From: Monocercomonoides exilis PA203
Taxonomy: Eukaryota; Protista; Preaxostyla
Direction of reading: 5' to 3'
Assembly (NCBI GenBank): GCA_001643675.2
Contig: LSRY02000010.1
Location: forward strand, 682,001-746,000
DNA length: 64,000 nt
Positions 36,883-47,359 of this stretch are shown here, one piece after another. A program made the position numbers and the translations under genes. Under the pieces are notes generated by a model. The model did no database searches. It was not told the origin of the DNA and worked only from the letters and a program-made list of their open reading frames with translations. The stretch's first letter is position 1. Each line of letters starts with the position of its first letter.

Positions 36883-39800
36883 ATGTGTGATCAAAGTTCT
36901 TCTGGCTCGCCAATAAGATCACTTTCTACAGCAAGTAACACACGTGGGTCTTTAGCATCTGCAGTTTCACCACCTGCAGATGCTTTTTCAAGAACATGGG
37001 ATTTCGGAGCAATCCCAAGTTTCAGTAGACCATATTCAGTTTCTTATGATACCACTACTATTGTTTCCTCTCTTGGAGAAAATTATCAACCATCAGAAGA
37101 TTATTTATCAAGGTCACACGACGATGATGCTTGGTCTGGCTTTAGGACAAGCTCAACACTTTCAACAAGTGATGATAATACCACGAGTCAAGCATCAATT
37201 GTGCCTTCATATATTTCATTTTTTGCAGAATCAAATCCAGCGGGCTTTGAAACGATTGCTCCTTGGTCGCAAATTGGAGTGGAACTTGTTCTTGCTCTCC
37301 AAGAAAGACCTGTCAATTTTGCAACTTTTAAATTTTCTCATGTTGTTTTTGAAGATTTTTTCCAACCAAAAGAACGATCCGTTGGATCGGGCTCTTTTGG
37401 TAAAGTGACGTTGTGGATTTCAAAACAACCTATGCATTCATTTGATACCTTTTCATCTTCTTTTACCCGCATTCATCGTAACGCAACACCTTTCCCTGTT
37501 ACCGTGGAAGCATTTTCCAATTCAACTTCAGCGATGTCTTCTACAGCTCCTGTTGCCTTGTCTTCATTCAATGAAGTGTCTGCAACGCTGAATCAGACTC
37601 AAGCAGTATCTGTGCCAAACTCATCTTTAGGAACCCCTGCTGTATCTCCACTTCGTTCACATTCTGTGTCAATGGCAGCTGGGACGATGGGAGCTTCTCT
37701 TTCATCGACCACTGGAACAGGCTTATCTGGTACAACAGCAACAAGCTTGTCTGATGCTTCTTCATCAACACAGTGGGCTGTCAAAACGATGCCTTTTTCA
37801 TTCCTCGCATCCACACAAATGGAGTCATATGCGCGAGCTGAGGGCGCCCTGATGCTATATCTTCAACGGGTGCTTCCGCACCACCCGCACATCATCCAGA
37901 CACATGCGTGCCTCGAAGACGATGAGAACTTGTACTTTGTGATGGAATTTCTGGCTGGTGGGCAGCTGTTTGACCGAGTGCGTGTGTGCCGAGACTTCAC
38001 CATTGAAGACGGGGTGTTCTATCTTGCCGAGTTGTGCGCAGCGATCACAGCACTCCACAGTGTTGGAGTTGTGCACAGAGATTTGAAGCCAGAGAATCTG
38101 ATGCTGGGCGAAGATGGACACTTGCGGCTCATCGACTTCGGAGTTGCGAGGCTGATTGAGATGCCCCATGCGATGAAAGAAAAGTTAAAGGAATGGGCAG
38201 AGCAGAACAAATCCAAGGAAGACGCTGATGGTTCCTCTGGAAATGCATGGACTGAGGAGCGGGAGAGAGAGTTTGGGGCTGATCCGTTCTTTTCGAAAAT
38301 GGCATTTCACACCTGTGAGCGCTCTTACTCGTGTTCGGCTGCACCTCAATCTGCACATTCAAAGGCTCCTGCTTCCATGCAGACGTCTGCTTCCTATTCT
38401 TCAATTGCCTCTGGCTCTCTATCTTCCTTCCCTACTCCTTCACCTTCGCCAACACTTTCTTCGACTTCTTCCTCGTCTGCTAGCCTTTCTTCATCTGGTC
38501 CTTTGCCTTCTGTTGTTCCTGCTTCTCCCTTTGCCACCCCAGCTGCATCGCCTTCCCCTTCTCCTTCTCCTTCCTCTCATCCTTCTGTTCCAACCTCCAA
38601 TTACGCTTTTCCGTCTCTCCTCCGCACTTTCTGCGGAACAGTCGAATATGTTGCACCTGAAGTCATCCGCGGCGAGTCATACTCATTCTCTGTTGATTGG
38701 TGGGCTTTTGGGTGTCTGTGCTATGAGCTGATAACGGGAACCTCCCCTTTTCTCGGCAGTTCCATCGCCGAAACCTATCAGAAGATCCTCGACGGGGACA
38801 TATTTTGGCCAACGGGCTTTCCGGATGATGCAAAGGATCTCATTCAGAAGCTGCTGAGATTAGATCCAGCAAAGCGGCTGGGATGTCGTGTGGTGAGTGG
38901 GAGAGAGCAGAAAGAGAGAGAAAGAGAAGGAATGGAAGCAGGCGAGAGAGAAGGAGACGGAGAAAGAGGGAGAGGGTGGGGCCACGGAAAGGAAGAGAGT
39001 GAGAAAGAGCGGAGGAAGAAGAGAAGAGAGAGGCATCGCGCGAAGCTGGGTGAAGGAGGGCAGATAATATCAGTTGGAGAGGAAGTAATGCGGCACCCGT
39101 TCTTTGCACGCATCGACTGGTCATCGCTTTCTGTGCAGCCACCTCCAATAACAGGGATAAGTGATCCTTCGCTGGATGAGAGTGGCATCCACACGCTTTT
39201 GAGTGCACGGGAGTACGAGGCACAGCGGGAGAAGTCGCGGAAGCTGCTGATTGCGCGGTATGTGGAGCCGATTGAGGTATCGCTGCCGTTCGAGGCAAGG
39301 TTCAGCGAAGTGGCGCAGCGGAGCAATGTTTTGAGAGAGCTCCATTCACAACTGCAGTCACTGCCACTGAGACCGACGGTGGTTGGGGAGACGCTGATGA
39401 GGAGGATCTGTGTGAGTGGAGAGAGAGAAGCAGAGAGAGAGGAGAGGGCGCTGAGGAGGCTGAGAGAGAGGGTGGAGAGGGAGTGGTGGAGAGACGGGAT
39501 GCAGATACGGATGTGGCTGATGAAGCAGCTGAAGAAGAGATTGAGAAGGCTGAAGGAGCAAAAGATGAGTGCACAAGGCAATGAAAGTGAAAGTGATATA
39601 ACAGAAGCAGGATATCAAGTAATCGAAAGAAACTCGTCGACTTCATTGAAAGGAAATGACAATCAAAATTCTCAAACAGAGGAGAATACACCAAAAGTGA
39701 AGAGAAATAGTTTGTTTGCAAGGAAATCAGACGAAAAAATCAAAGAAGATGCAGCAAAAGAGAATAAAGTAATTGAAGATGAGTTTGATGCTGAGCAAAT

Positions 39801-42800
39801 TCCGAGTATTTTGGAGAGCATTATGAAGGAAAATCCGCAAATGGGCGAAGAAGAGAGGATGAGGAATGTAATTCAGAGGGTGTTTAGCAGAGGACTGAAA
39901 GGTGTTTCGATAAAATCATCATTCACAGCCACACTTCGAGAGGGAGAAGGAGAAGAAAGAGACGAATTTGGAGAAATAGAAGGAGTATACCACAAAGATT
40001 ATGACAATCAAAACTATTTGAATGGCAATAAAAGACAAACCATTTCACTTCTACCGAACTTTTTTTCATCACCTGGGTTTCCTCAATCATCGTCCTCATC
40101 AACTTCTTCTTCTCATTCTCTTTCAAGCAAATCAAACGAAACGCAACAGTCTCATGTTCATCGGCCTTCTCAATCGATGTTCCAGAAATTGGCACAAAAG
40201 ATACCATTTTTGTCGTCTTCTGACAAAAACAAAGAAAAAACGATGAATTCAAATCAAAATGACTCATTTCACAGACATTCTTTGTCTCATTCATTCCATT
40301 CATTATCATCGTCATCATCTTCTTCTTCTTCTTTTGATCAAAATTCTCCATCTTTCAACACATACACTTCAACCTCTCCTTCATCCAGCACATCCGCCAT
40401 CGCCATTTCACCTCTGACTCTTCTGCAGCAGCTGATCACTCCACACACCATCTCCATTTCGCTCTCCTTCGACCACACCTCTCCTCCCTTCACAGCCCAT
40501 CCGCAGGAGCCCTTCTTCTCCTCTGCCTCTTCCTTTGGCAGCTTAGACGCCTCTTCTGCACAGCTGGCTCGGCACTCACCTCATCTGAATCCAACACATT
40601 CTGTTGTTACTTCGTCTCCCAACCGCCCTCCAGCCTCTCCCATCTCTTTGTCTAATTCTTCTCTTGCTCCTGGATTCGACATCACTTCATTCTCTCCCTC
40701 TGCTCCATCTAATTTCTTGTCTTCTTCCTCTTCCTCTTCCTCTTCTTCCTCTTCTTCCTCTTCTTCATCTTCTGCTTTGTTAAATCATCGATCTCTCTCT
40801 GCGTCTTCTCATTCTCAGCAGTCTGCACCGTCTGTATTTCTGTCTCCTCATTTGGATTCTCATTCTTCCTTCTCAAATTCACTCAGCATCCAACACTCTT
40901 CACCCCCACATGCTGCCTCTTTTGTTGCACACTCAGCCACTTCACCCATTTCAATACCTTCTTCTTCTTCATCTTCTTCTTCTTCTTCTTCTTTGACTTC
41001 TCCTTCCTCTTCGTCTTCCTCTTCTGCATTTACACCCGAAACATCCACCTATTCCTCTGTCACATTAGCACCCTTCTCTCTTTCTATCAATTCTTCTGGC
41101 TCGTTCAATCCTTCGCCTTCGATCGTTCCGTTGGACAGAGTCAGAAATCATCTTGTTCGACTGACGCTGGCAAAGTATCAGGCGAGGCTGAGAGACGAAA
41201 GAGAGGCAATGATGAAGAAGGAGGCACAGAAAGTCAATGGGAATAGTAATAATAATAATAAAATTATTGAAAAGGCAAAAGAAACAGCGAAGGTGAGAGG
41301 AAGAAAGAGCAAGAAAGAGGAGAAAGAGAAAGAGAAAGAGCAAGAGAAAGATAAAGAGAAAGAAGAATCAAGGAGATCAAGCAGAAATCCGTCTGCCCAC
41401 CGCCTTCTGAGCTCAAAGCCCGCTCTTCACAGCATCAAAGACAAGCAAGAGTCATTTAACAAACAAGTCTTTCGAAATGTGCCGACAATTTCGACGACTT
41501 TTGCCTCTCCTTTTGAGACGCCTGTGCCATTCACAGCAGAAGCACTCTACTCACAACAGGACGAGACACCTTCATTTGTGGCTGCTTCGAATTCTACGAC
41601 TCCTTCATTTACTGTTTCATCATCTTCTTTCTCCTCTTCTTCCTCTTCCTCTTCATCATCGTCAACTCCTTCCATATTCGATGAAAGATATCCTCATTCT
41701 TCTTCCACTCCGCTTTCTCATTCCAAGCCTCGTTCTGTGTCTGATGTAGACATTCGGCCTCCTTCTCTTCTCTCCCCTTCTTCTCATCCTTCTCCTCCCA
41801 AATCTCCTCCTCCTTCTTTCGGCGCCTCTCATTTTTCAAACGAAGAAGCGTTCCTTTTAAGCGGTTCTTCTGCCCCTTCTTCTTCTTTCAGTGAAGGAGA
41901 AGCCAACTTATCCACATCCTCCATCTCTTCCTCTCAGCTGTCTTTGCCTTCCTCTGCCTTCTCTCAGCTGTCCAGCACTTCTTCCACAGGCGTCTTGTCA
42001 GGCGTCTCTCACCACAAATCTCTTGACCTCTCAATGTTTGCCTCGCCAACAGAAGAAGAGCTTCGAAACAGTCCGGCAGAAAGCAATCAGAATCTGAAGG
42101 GAGATTTCAATGAACAAATGGAAAATTCAATAGAAGAGACTGATAAATCAAATCGTAATCTAAAGAATTATTCGTCCAAAGATGTTTTATCAACCTCTTC
42201 TCCTCATTTGCCTGCGAAGGAATCAGAAGCACAATCAACTGCTTCATCGCGGAAACATTCACAAAGGCGTTCTTCTCCATCACCTTCTCCTTCTCCTTCT
42301 CCATCACCTTCTCCATCTTCTCCTTCAGCTCTTCCTTCTTCCACTTATTTCTCTGATAAGCCATCCAATTCTTTGTCTGCATTCAAAGTTGAAATGAATC
42401 CTTTATCTGTCCTTGCACGAAAGGGGGTGCTTAACTGGAAGCCTAACCAAAACCCAACAAAAAGACAGAATGCTTCTTTGTCTCGCTCCATGCGCTCAAT
42501 CAATGCAGCTTCGTCTGCACATTCTCTTTCTTCCTCTTCCTCTTCTTCTCTTTTCAAAAAGATGGATTCTGCAGAGAACTGGAAAAACGGGCTTGTTGAA
42601 ATGCAGTTCTGGAAGGAAGAGCGCAACCAGCTGAAATTTCGTGTCTCTCTTTCTTTTCTCATTGCACTTCCAAAAGATACACCACAATTTTCATCTGTTT
42701 TTGATTTTTCTGCTTTGAAATTTCCAGAATTAAAGCGAAGCAGCTCTTCACTGGCTCTGAAATCTGCTCATTTGAGAACGCAATCCATGACAGTTCCTAT

Positions 42801-45800
42801 GCACTCTGGTATTTCTAATCTGCAGCCGTCTTCTTGTTCTCCCTCTGACTTCAACAAAACACAGTACTTCATCCGCGATTCTGCTAATTATCCTCATCTT
42901 TCTGAGAGCTCCTTTTCTTCTCTCTCAAATCCTTTGTCGCCAACACTCAGCTCAGCCAAGCAAAAGGGCTTTGTCGTCGCCACGCCTCAACAGAAGGAGA
43001 TGTTCAAGCCAATCACATTGCGTTCCAACCCTCTTTTCTCAAAGAAATCATCATCAACGCCTTCTCCTTCAGTGTCTCCTGCTCCTTCTCCTACTCTGCC
43101 TCGTTCTTCTCCTTCGGCTTCTCGCTCTCCTTCGCCTTCAATGCAGCTGTCTCCATCGTTGTCTTCATCAAGACGTTTATTGGCCTCTCCCTTTTCATCA
43201 TCATCTTCTTCTTCAAATTCTGCCAAGCTTCCTCCTCGTTCCTCCTCCAGCTCTTCTCGTTCACTGGCATCTTCATCATCATCAACTTCCTTATCCTCCT
43301 CCACACTCACCCAATCTCCTCCTTCTGTTTCTCTCTCTCCTGCTCCCTTTGCTGCTGTCTCTCCTCTTTCTGCTGCCTCTGCCACTGCCTCTGGCGAAGG
43401 AACAGGCACCGAAAAGATCCCTCTCATCCCCACCAGCCGCACACCCCCTGTGTTTTCATTCACTTCTGCCACACTGCCAACAAGACGGAGCTTGACAAGG
43501 CCTTCTTCGCTGAGAATAGCTCGGTCTGTGGAAGCTGATGGCGCATTGAACAATCCTCTCTCTCCAACATCTTCTCCATCTTCCCCACCAACTTTGTCGC
43601 CTTCTTCCGCTTCGCTGGCAAGTGCTTCTGTTTTGAGCTTCAGTACAAACTTTTCTAATTCCTCTTCTTCTTCAAATTCTTCAAATTCTTCAAATTCTTC
43701 AAATTCTTCTTCTTCTTCGTCTTCTTCTCTCTTTCCTTCTGATACCAATGAGCTTGTTATTCCTCAGCCTCTGTCTGAAGCACATCCTCCGTCAACCGAC
43801 ACCAGCATCCCTTCTTCTCTTCCTTCTTCTCCATCTTCATCTTCTTGCAGTCCAGCTATTACTGTCAATTCCCTCCGCTCTCTTTCGAATAAGCCTGTTT
43901 TCACATCCAATCCAAGCAGAACCGCTTCTCCTTCCAATTCGTCTGGTTCTTCAAAGCAAAGCTCTTCTTCAACTGCCAAAAAAATTTCTTCATTGAACAT
44001 GTTTGCAAACCCTGTTCATGTAAGCAATCCTCTTCTTAGTCGCACAAAAAGCAATGAAAACTATCAGTCAACTTCTTCTTCTTCAATTGGGCGAACTCAG
44101 GGCACTTCAGCATCAGATCCCTCACTCACGAAAAAAGAGAATGAAACAGCCAATAGAAATAGCAAAGAGACAACAGATAAAAGCAAGGATGATAAATCAT
44201 CTCAGTCATCATCATCATCATCATCATCAACTTCTTCTTCTTCTTACCAGGCAAATACTTTCTCTTCCACATCTTTAGTCCCCTCACACGCAACACACAA
44301 TGGCAATAAAATTGAGCTCACACACAACATCGACATCCGCTTCCCCCCTCTTCCTCCTCTCCGTTTCCTCGCTCCCTTCTCCTGTGAGTCGTCTCCTCCT
44401 CTTCAGCAGCTCTTCTCTCTCCCGCTGGCCTCACACGCCATCATCCACACCGCCTGGAGTCACGACGGGTGCTGTTTGGGTGTTGGCAGCAAGTTTTCAA
44501 TTTCTGTTTCATTTGTTGATCCATTTGTGCATATGCTGAGTATGAAGGAGAATGAAGGCACTCCATCAGAAGCAGCAAAGAGCCAAAAGAACACAAAGAT
44601 AAGAAGCAAAAAGAGAGAAACGCATTCTGTTTCTTCTTCTCCGTGTTCTCTTTTCGCGCTGCCTGCTCCAAATTCCACAGAAATGCAGACATCTTCGCGA
44701 TCTTCTTCATCGTCGAAGGAGACGAAAGAGTCAAAAGAATCAAAAGAATCGAAAACTGCTCAGAACAAGAAGTTAGCAGATCCTTTGAATTTGAGTGCAG
44801 ACAAAGAGATCGATGCTCGCCCAGTTGAATGGCAGTCTCTCTCGCCAATTGCTTCCAATGGCATTCAACACAATTTGTCGCCTTCTTTTTCTTGTTCTTC
44901 CTCTTCCTCTTCTGCAACAGCTTCATCGTCCTCTTCGGATGAGCAAACTGAACAAAACGAGCAGAAGTTCGAAAAGTTGGAAGCTTCTTTGTTTTTGGAC
45001 ACATCTCTTCCACCAGCATTAGATCCATCTGGATCTTCTTCATCCTCTTCTTTGTCATCATCATCTGCAAAGCCTACTAAAAATAGCAGTGTTCCTTCTT
45101 TTGTCTACTCGCGAAGACACTGCAGATGGCGAGGCTTCGACGAAACGCAGTCGATGATGTTTTCTGCCTCCTCTTCTTTTGCTCCAACATCTCTCCAATC
45201 GTTCACTCTTCCTTCCTCATCTTTCCTTTCGTTCCTCGTCTTTTCGCCTTCTGACCCCATTTTGTTATTTGACCTCAAAAACCACATTGGAATGCTTGAT
45301 TTTTGCGCTCCGCTGGATTCATCAGTAGGGGAATCTGGTACATCTTCCTCCTCTTCTTCTCTCTCCTCGATTTCTTCAGCAGTGTCATATTATCCTACAT
45401 CTTCTTCTCCTTCATCGTCTACATTGAGTTCCATGCCATCTTCATTCCTTTCTTCCACATCTTCTTCTTCTGGCTCCTCTTCATTGCCTAGACAGAACTC
45501 CACCCTTCCTCTTCTCCGCACCCTCATTCACCACAAGCAGCCTGTCACCGATGTGAGCTTCCACCCCAATGGCTCCTTCTTCGCCTCGTCCTCCTTCGAC
45601 CGCTCGGTTGCTCTGTGGGATGTGCACACACAGCGGTGCATTCATTCCACAAGCAACAGCCACCTTTCCTTTGTCTCCTCTGTCCACTGGCAGCCTGCTG
45701 CTTCAATGGTTTATGTGGCATCTGGAGGGTCAGACGGAAAACTGTGTCTGATGGACGCATCGACTGCTGAAGGCATTGAGGCGCCTTCTTTAAATTCTTC

Positions 45801-46842
45801 TGCGCTGTATTCATCTGCTTCTGGTGGACATTCTGCGGGCAATTCTTCTCTAAATCAACTCGGTCAAGATATTACACTGAATACACTCAATCAGAAGGCA
45901 TCTTCAAAGCATTCTTCTTCATCATCCTCATCCTCATCGTCGTCGACTTCTTCTTCCTCCTCCTCATCCATGCTCTTCATTGGCTCTGCCTTTGGCTCCT
46001 CCTCTCTGCATTCCTCACCAATCACATGCGTCCGCTGGAACCCAAGCGGTACAGTCATCGGCTCCACAGGCTGTGACAGGCGTTTGATAATCAGCGACCT
46101 CCGCTCAGCCAGGCCGATTCACTCGCTCAGCAGCGCATTTCCACTCAGCTGCATCCGATGGAGCGTCGACGGGAAGCTGATTGGCGTGGCAGGGAGAGAG
46201 ACAGTGACAGTCATTGCGTTTCCGGAAATGGCTGTCGTTGCCACTTTCCCGCAGATGCACAACAGCACCTGTGTGGAATGGAACTCGGAGAATCAGCTGG
46301 CGTTTATTGGAGAAGACGGCAACGCGGCTGTGTTTGATGCGCCATCGGGTGAGCTGAGGAGAGCAAAGGCGCGCAGACCGAAGCGAACAACTGCGAGGCG
46401 CAGAGAGAGGGATCCAGATGAGCTGAGTGGGTGGATGTCAATGGAAGATTTCAGCAGTGATCAGACACTGCTGAGGTACTTCAACAAACTGAGGAAGATT
46501 CGAATGAATGAGGCAGACAAAAGTCAGATGGAATCGAGCGATATTCGCACAAATCCATCTGAACGCAACAGAACGAGAGGGCACAAAGCAGGCAGTGCTG
46601 ATGATGGAGAATATGAGGAAGAGGAAGAGGAATCCATCCGAAGCAGTTTCGATGAAAGTGGAGAAGAGGAAGGAGACGAGAATAATGCCATCTTCAAAGA
46701 AGCTGATGATGCTGATGAAGATGCAGAATCACCGAGATATTCTGAAGGAACAACGACGTGTCTTGTTTGGAGCCCGCATGACAATTCTCCTCTGCTGGCT
46801 GTGGGAAGCAGCAAAAAGAATGTTAGCATTTGGTCTTGCTGA
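36883..46842 (+). CDS. Giant AGC-group Ser/Thr kinase fused to a C-terminal WD40 propeller (3319 aa)
   Basis: Kinase motifs GSGSFGKV, AVK, YFVMEFLAGGQLF, HRDLKPEN, DFG, RTFCGTVEYVAPE, DWWAFG, KRLG and HPFFARIDW. WD repeats HKQPVTDVSFHPNGSFFASSSFDRSVALWD, HLSFVSSVHW..ASGGSDG, HSSPITCVRWNPSG and LAVGSSKKNVSIW. Confidence 0.9.
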   Translation: MCDQSSSGSPIRSLSTASNTRGSLASAVSPPADAFSRTWDFGAIPSFSRPYSVSYDTTTIVSSLGENYQPSEDYLSRSHDDDAWSGFRTSSTLSTSDDNTTSQASIVPSYISFFAESNPAGFETIAPWSQIGVELVLALQERPVNFATFKFSHVVFEDFFQPKERSVGSGSFGKVTLWISKQPMHSFDTFSSSFTRIHRNATPFPVTVEAFSNSTSAMSSTAPVALSSFNEVSATLNQTQAVSVPNSSLGTPAVSPLRSHSVSMAAGTMGASLSSTTGTGLSGTTATSLSDASSSTQWAVKTMPFSFLASTQMESYARAEGALMLYLQRVLPHHPHIIQTHACLEDDENLYFVMEFLAGGQLFDRVRVCRDFTIEDGVFYLAELCAAITALHSVGVVHRDLKPENLMLGEDGHLRLIDFGVARLIEMPHAMKEKLKEWAEQNKSKEDADGSSGNAWTEEREREFGADPFFSKMAFHTCERSYSCSAAPQSAHSKAPASMQTSASYSSIASGSLSSFPTPSPSPTLSSTSSSSASLSSSGPLPSVVPASPFATPAASPSPSPSPSSHPSVPTSNYAFPSLLRTFCGTVEYVAPEVIRGESYSFSVDWWAFGCLCYELITGTSPFLGSSIAETYQKILDGDIFWPTGFPDDAKDLIQKLLRLDPAKRLGCRVVSGREQKEREREGMEAGEREGDGERGRGWGHGKEESEKERRKKRRERHRAKLGEGGQIISVGEEVMRHPFFARIDWSSLSVQPPPITGISDPSLDESGIHTLLSAREYEAQREKSRKLLIARYVEPIEVSLPFEARFSEVAQRSNVLRELHSQLQSLPLRPTVVGETLMRRICVSGEREAEREERALRRLRERVEREWWRDGMQIRMWLMKQLKKRLRRLKEQKMSAQGNESESDITEAGYQVIERNSSTSLKGNDNQNSQTEENTPKVKRNSLFARKSDEKIKEDAAKENKVIEDEFDAEQIPSILESIMKENPQMGEEERMRNVIQRVFSRGLKGVSIKSSFTATLREGEGEERDEFGEIEGVYHKDYDNQNYLNGNKRQTISLLPNFFSSPGFPQSSSSSTSSSHSLSSKSNETQQSHVHRPSQSMFQKLAQKIPFLSSSDKNKEKTMNSNQNDSFHRHSLSHSFHSLSSSSSSSSSFDQNSPSFNTYTSTSPSSSTSAIAISPLTLLQQLITPHTISISLSFDHTSPPFTAHPQEPFFSSASSFGSLDASSAQLARHSPHLNPTHSVVTSSPNRPPASPISLSNSSLAPGFDITSFSPSAPSNFLSSSSSSSSSSSSSSSSSSALLNHRSLSASSHSQQSAPSVFLSPHLDSHSSFSNSLSIQHSSPPHAASFVAHSATSPISIPSSSSSSSSSSSLTSPSSSSSSSAFTPETSTYSSVTLAPFSLSINSSGSFNPSPSIVPLDRVRNHLVRLTLAKYQARLRDEREAMMKKEAQKVNGNSNNNNKIIEKAKETAKVRGRKSKKEEKEKEKEQEKDKEKEESRRSSRNPSAHRLLSSKPALHSIKDKQESFNKQVFRNVPTISTTFASPFETPVPFTAEALYSQQDETPSFVAASNSTTPSFTVSSSSFSSSSSSSSSSSTPSIFDERYPHSSSTPLSHSKPRSVSDVDIRPPSLLSPSSHPSPPKSPPPSFGASHFSNEEAFLLSGSSAPSSSFSEGEANLSTSSISSSQLSLPSSAFSQLSSTSSTGVLSGVSHHKSLDLSMFASPTEEELRNSPAESNQNLKGDFNEQMENSIEETDKSNRNLKNYSSKDVLSTSSPHLPAKESEAQSTASSRKHSQRRSSPSPSPSPSPSPSPSSPSALPSSTYFSDKPSNSLSAFKVEMNPLSVLARKGVLNWKPNQNPTKRQNASLSRSMRSINAASSAHSLSSSSSSSLFKKMDSAENWKNGLVEMQFWKEERNQLKFRVSLSFLIALPKDTPQFSSVFDFSALKFPELKRSSSSLALKSAHLRTQSMTVPMHSGISNLQPSSCSPSDFNKTQYFIRDSANYPHLSESSFSSLSNPLSPTLSSAKQKGFVVATPQQKEMFKPITLRSNPLFSKKSSSTPSPSVSPAPSPTLPRSSPSASRSPSPSMQLSPSLSSSRRLLASPFSSSSSSSNSAKLPPRSSSSSSRSLASSSSSTSLSSSTLTQSPPSVSLSPAPFAAVSPLSAASATASGEGTGTEKIPLIPTSRTPPVFSFTSATLPTRRSLTRPSSLRIARSVEADGALNNPLSPTSSPSSPPTLSPSSASLASASVLSFSTNFSNSSSSSNSSNSSNSSNSSSSSSSSLFPSDTNELVIPQPLSEAHPPSTDTSIPSSLPSSPSSSSCSPAITVNSLRSLSNKPVFTSNPSRTASPSNSSGSSKQSSSSTAKKISSLNMFANPVHVSNPLLSRTKSNENYQSTSSSSIGRTQGTSASDPSLTKKENETANRNSKETTDKSKDDKSSQSSSSSSSSTSSSSYQANTFSSTSLVPSHATHNGNKIELTHNIDIRFPPLPPLRFLAPFSCESSPPLQQLFSLPLASHAIIHTAWSHDGCCLGVGSKFSISVSFVDPFVHMLSMKENEGTPSEAAKSQKNTKIRSKKRETHSVSSSPCSLFALPAPNSTEMQTSSRSSSSSKETKESKESKESKTAQNKKLADPLNLSADKEIDARPVEWQSLSPIASNGIQHNLSPSFSCSSSSSSATASSSSSDEQTEQNEQKFEKLEASLFLDTSLPPALDPSGSSSSSSLSSSSAKPTKNSSVPSFVYSRRHCRWRGFDETQSMMFSASSSFAPTSLQSFTLPSSSFLSFLVFSPSDPILLFDLKNHIGMLDFCAPLDSSVGESGTSSSSSSLSSISSAVSYYPTSSSPSSSTLSSMPSSFLSSTSSSSGSSSLPRQNSTLPLLRTLIHHKQPVTDVSFHPNGSFFASSSFDRSVALWDVHTQRCIHSTSNSHLSFVSSVHWQPAASMVYVASGGSDGKLCLMDASTAEGIEAPSLNSSALYSSASGGHSAGNSSLNQLGQDITLNTLNQKASSKHSSSSSSSSSSSTSSSSSSSMLFIGSAFGSSSLHSSPITCVRWNPSGTVIGSTGCDRRLIISDLRSARPIHSLSSAFPLSCIRWSVDGKLIGVAGRETVTVIAFPEMAVVATFPQMHNSTCVEWNSENQLAFIGEDGNAAVFDAPSGELRRAKARRPKRTTARRRERDPDELSGWMSMEDFSSDQTLLRYFNKLRKIRMNEADKSQMESSDIRTNPSERNRTRGHKAGSADDGEYEEEEEESIRSSFDESGEEEGDENNAIFKEADDADEDAESPRYSEGTTTCLVWSPHDNSPLLAVGSSKKNVSIWSC
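43671..43709 (+). repeat. 9-bp tandem repeat (TTCAAATTC)x4 encoding SNS repeats
   Basis: Directly visible within the kinase linker. Confidence 0.8.
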
Positions 46843-47359
46843 TCCGTTCAGTTAGATTGTTAGTAATATGAATATTAGATTGTATTGGTTTATGTTTACA
46901 AATTTAAACTGTTTTTTATATTTTTTGAATTTTGTTTATTTTGATTTTTATTTTTCTCCTTTTCGATTGAGTTGTCGGAAATCCCTTTTCTATGTTTTGT
47001 GCTTAGTGTTGCATTCATTTTTCTTTGCATTTTCTTAAAGAGACAAAATCTTTCTGTTTGTATGTTGTTTTTATTAGGTAATTTTAAAATGGTTTCGTTT
47101 TACAAAAGAGACTTTTATGATTATTGTCAAATCATTCAACAATTGACAATAAAGATTTCATTTCAACAAATTGTTTTTTTGTGTTTCTTTTTTTGTAAAA
47201 AAAAATAAAATAAAATAAAATACAAGTTGAATTAAACTTTTCAAAATTCTCCATTCAATTTTTAGAAATATTCCAATTCTTTGACAAAAAAAATCTCTTT
47301 CTCTCTTTCTCTCTAACATTTATTAGCAATGTTCAAATACATTGTTTGCGTGATTAATT

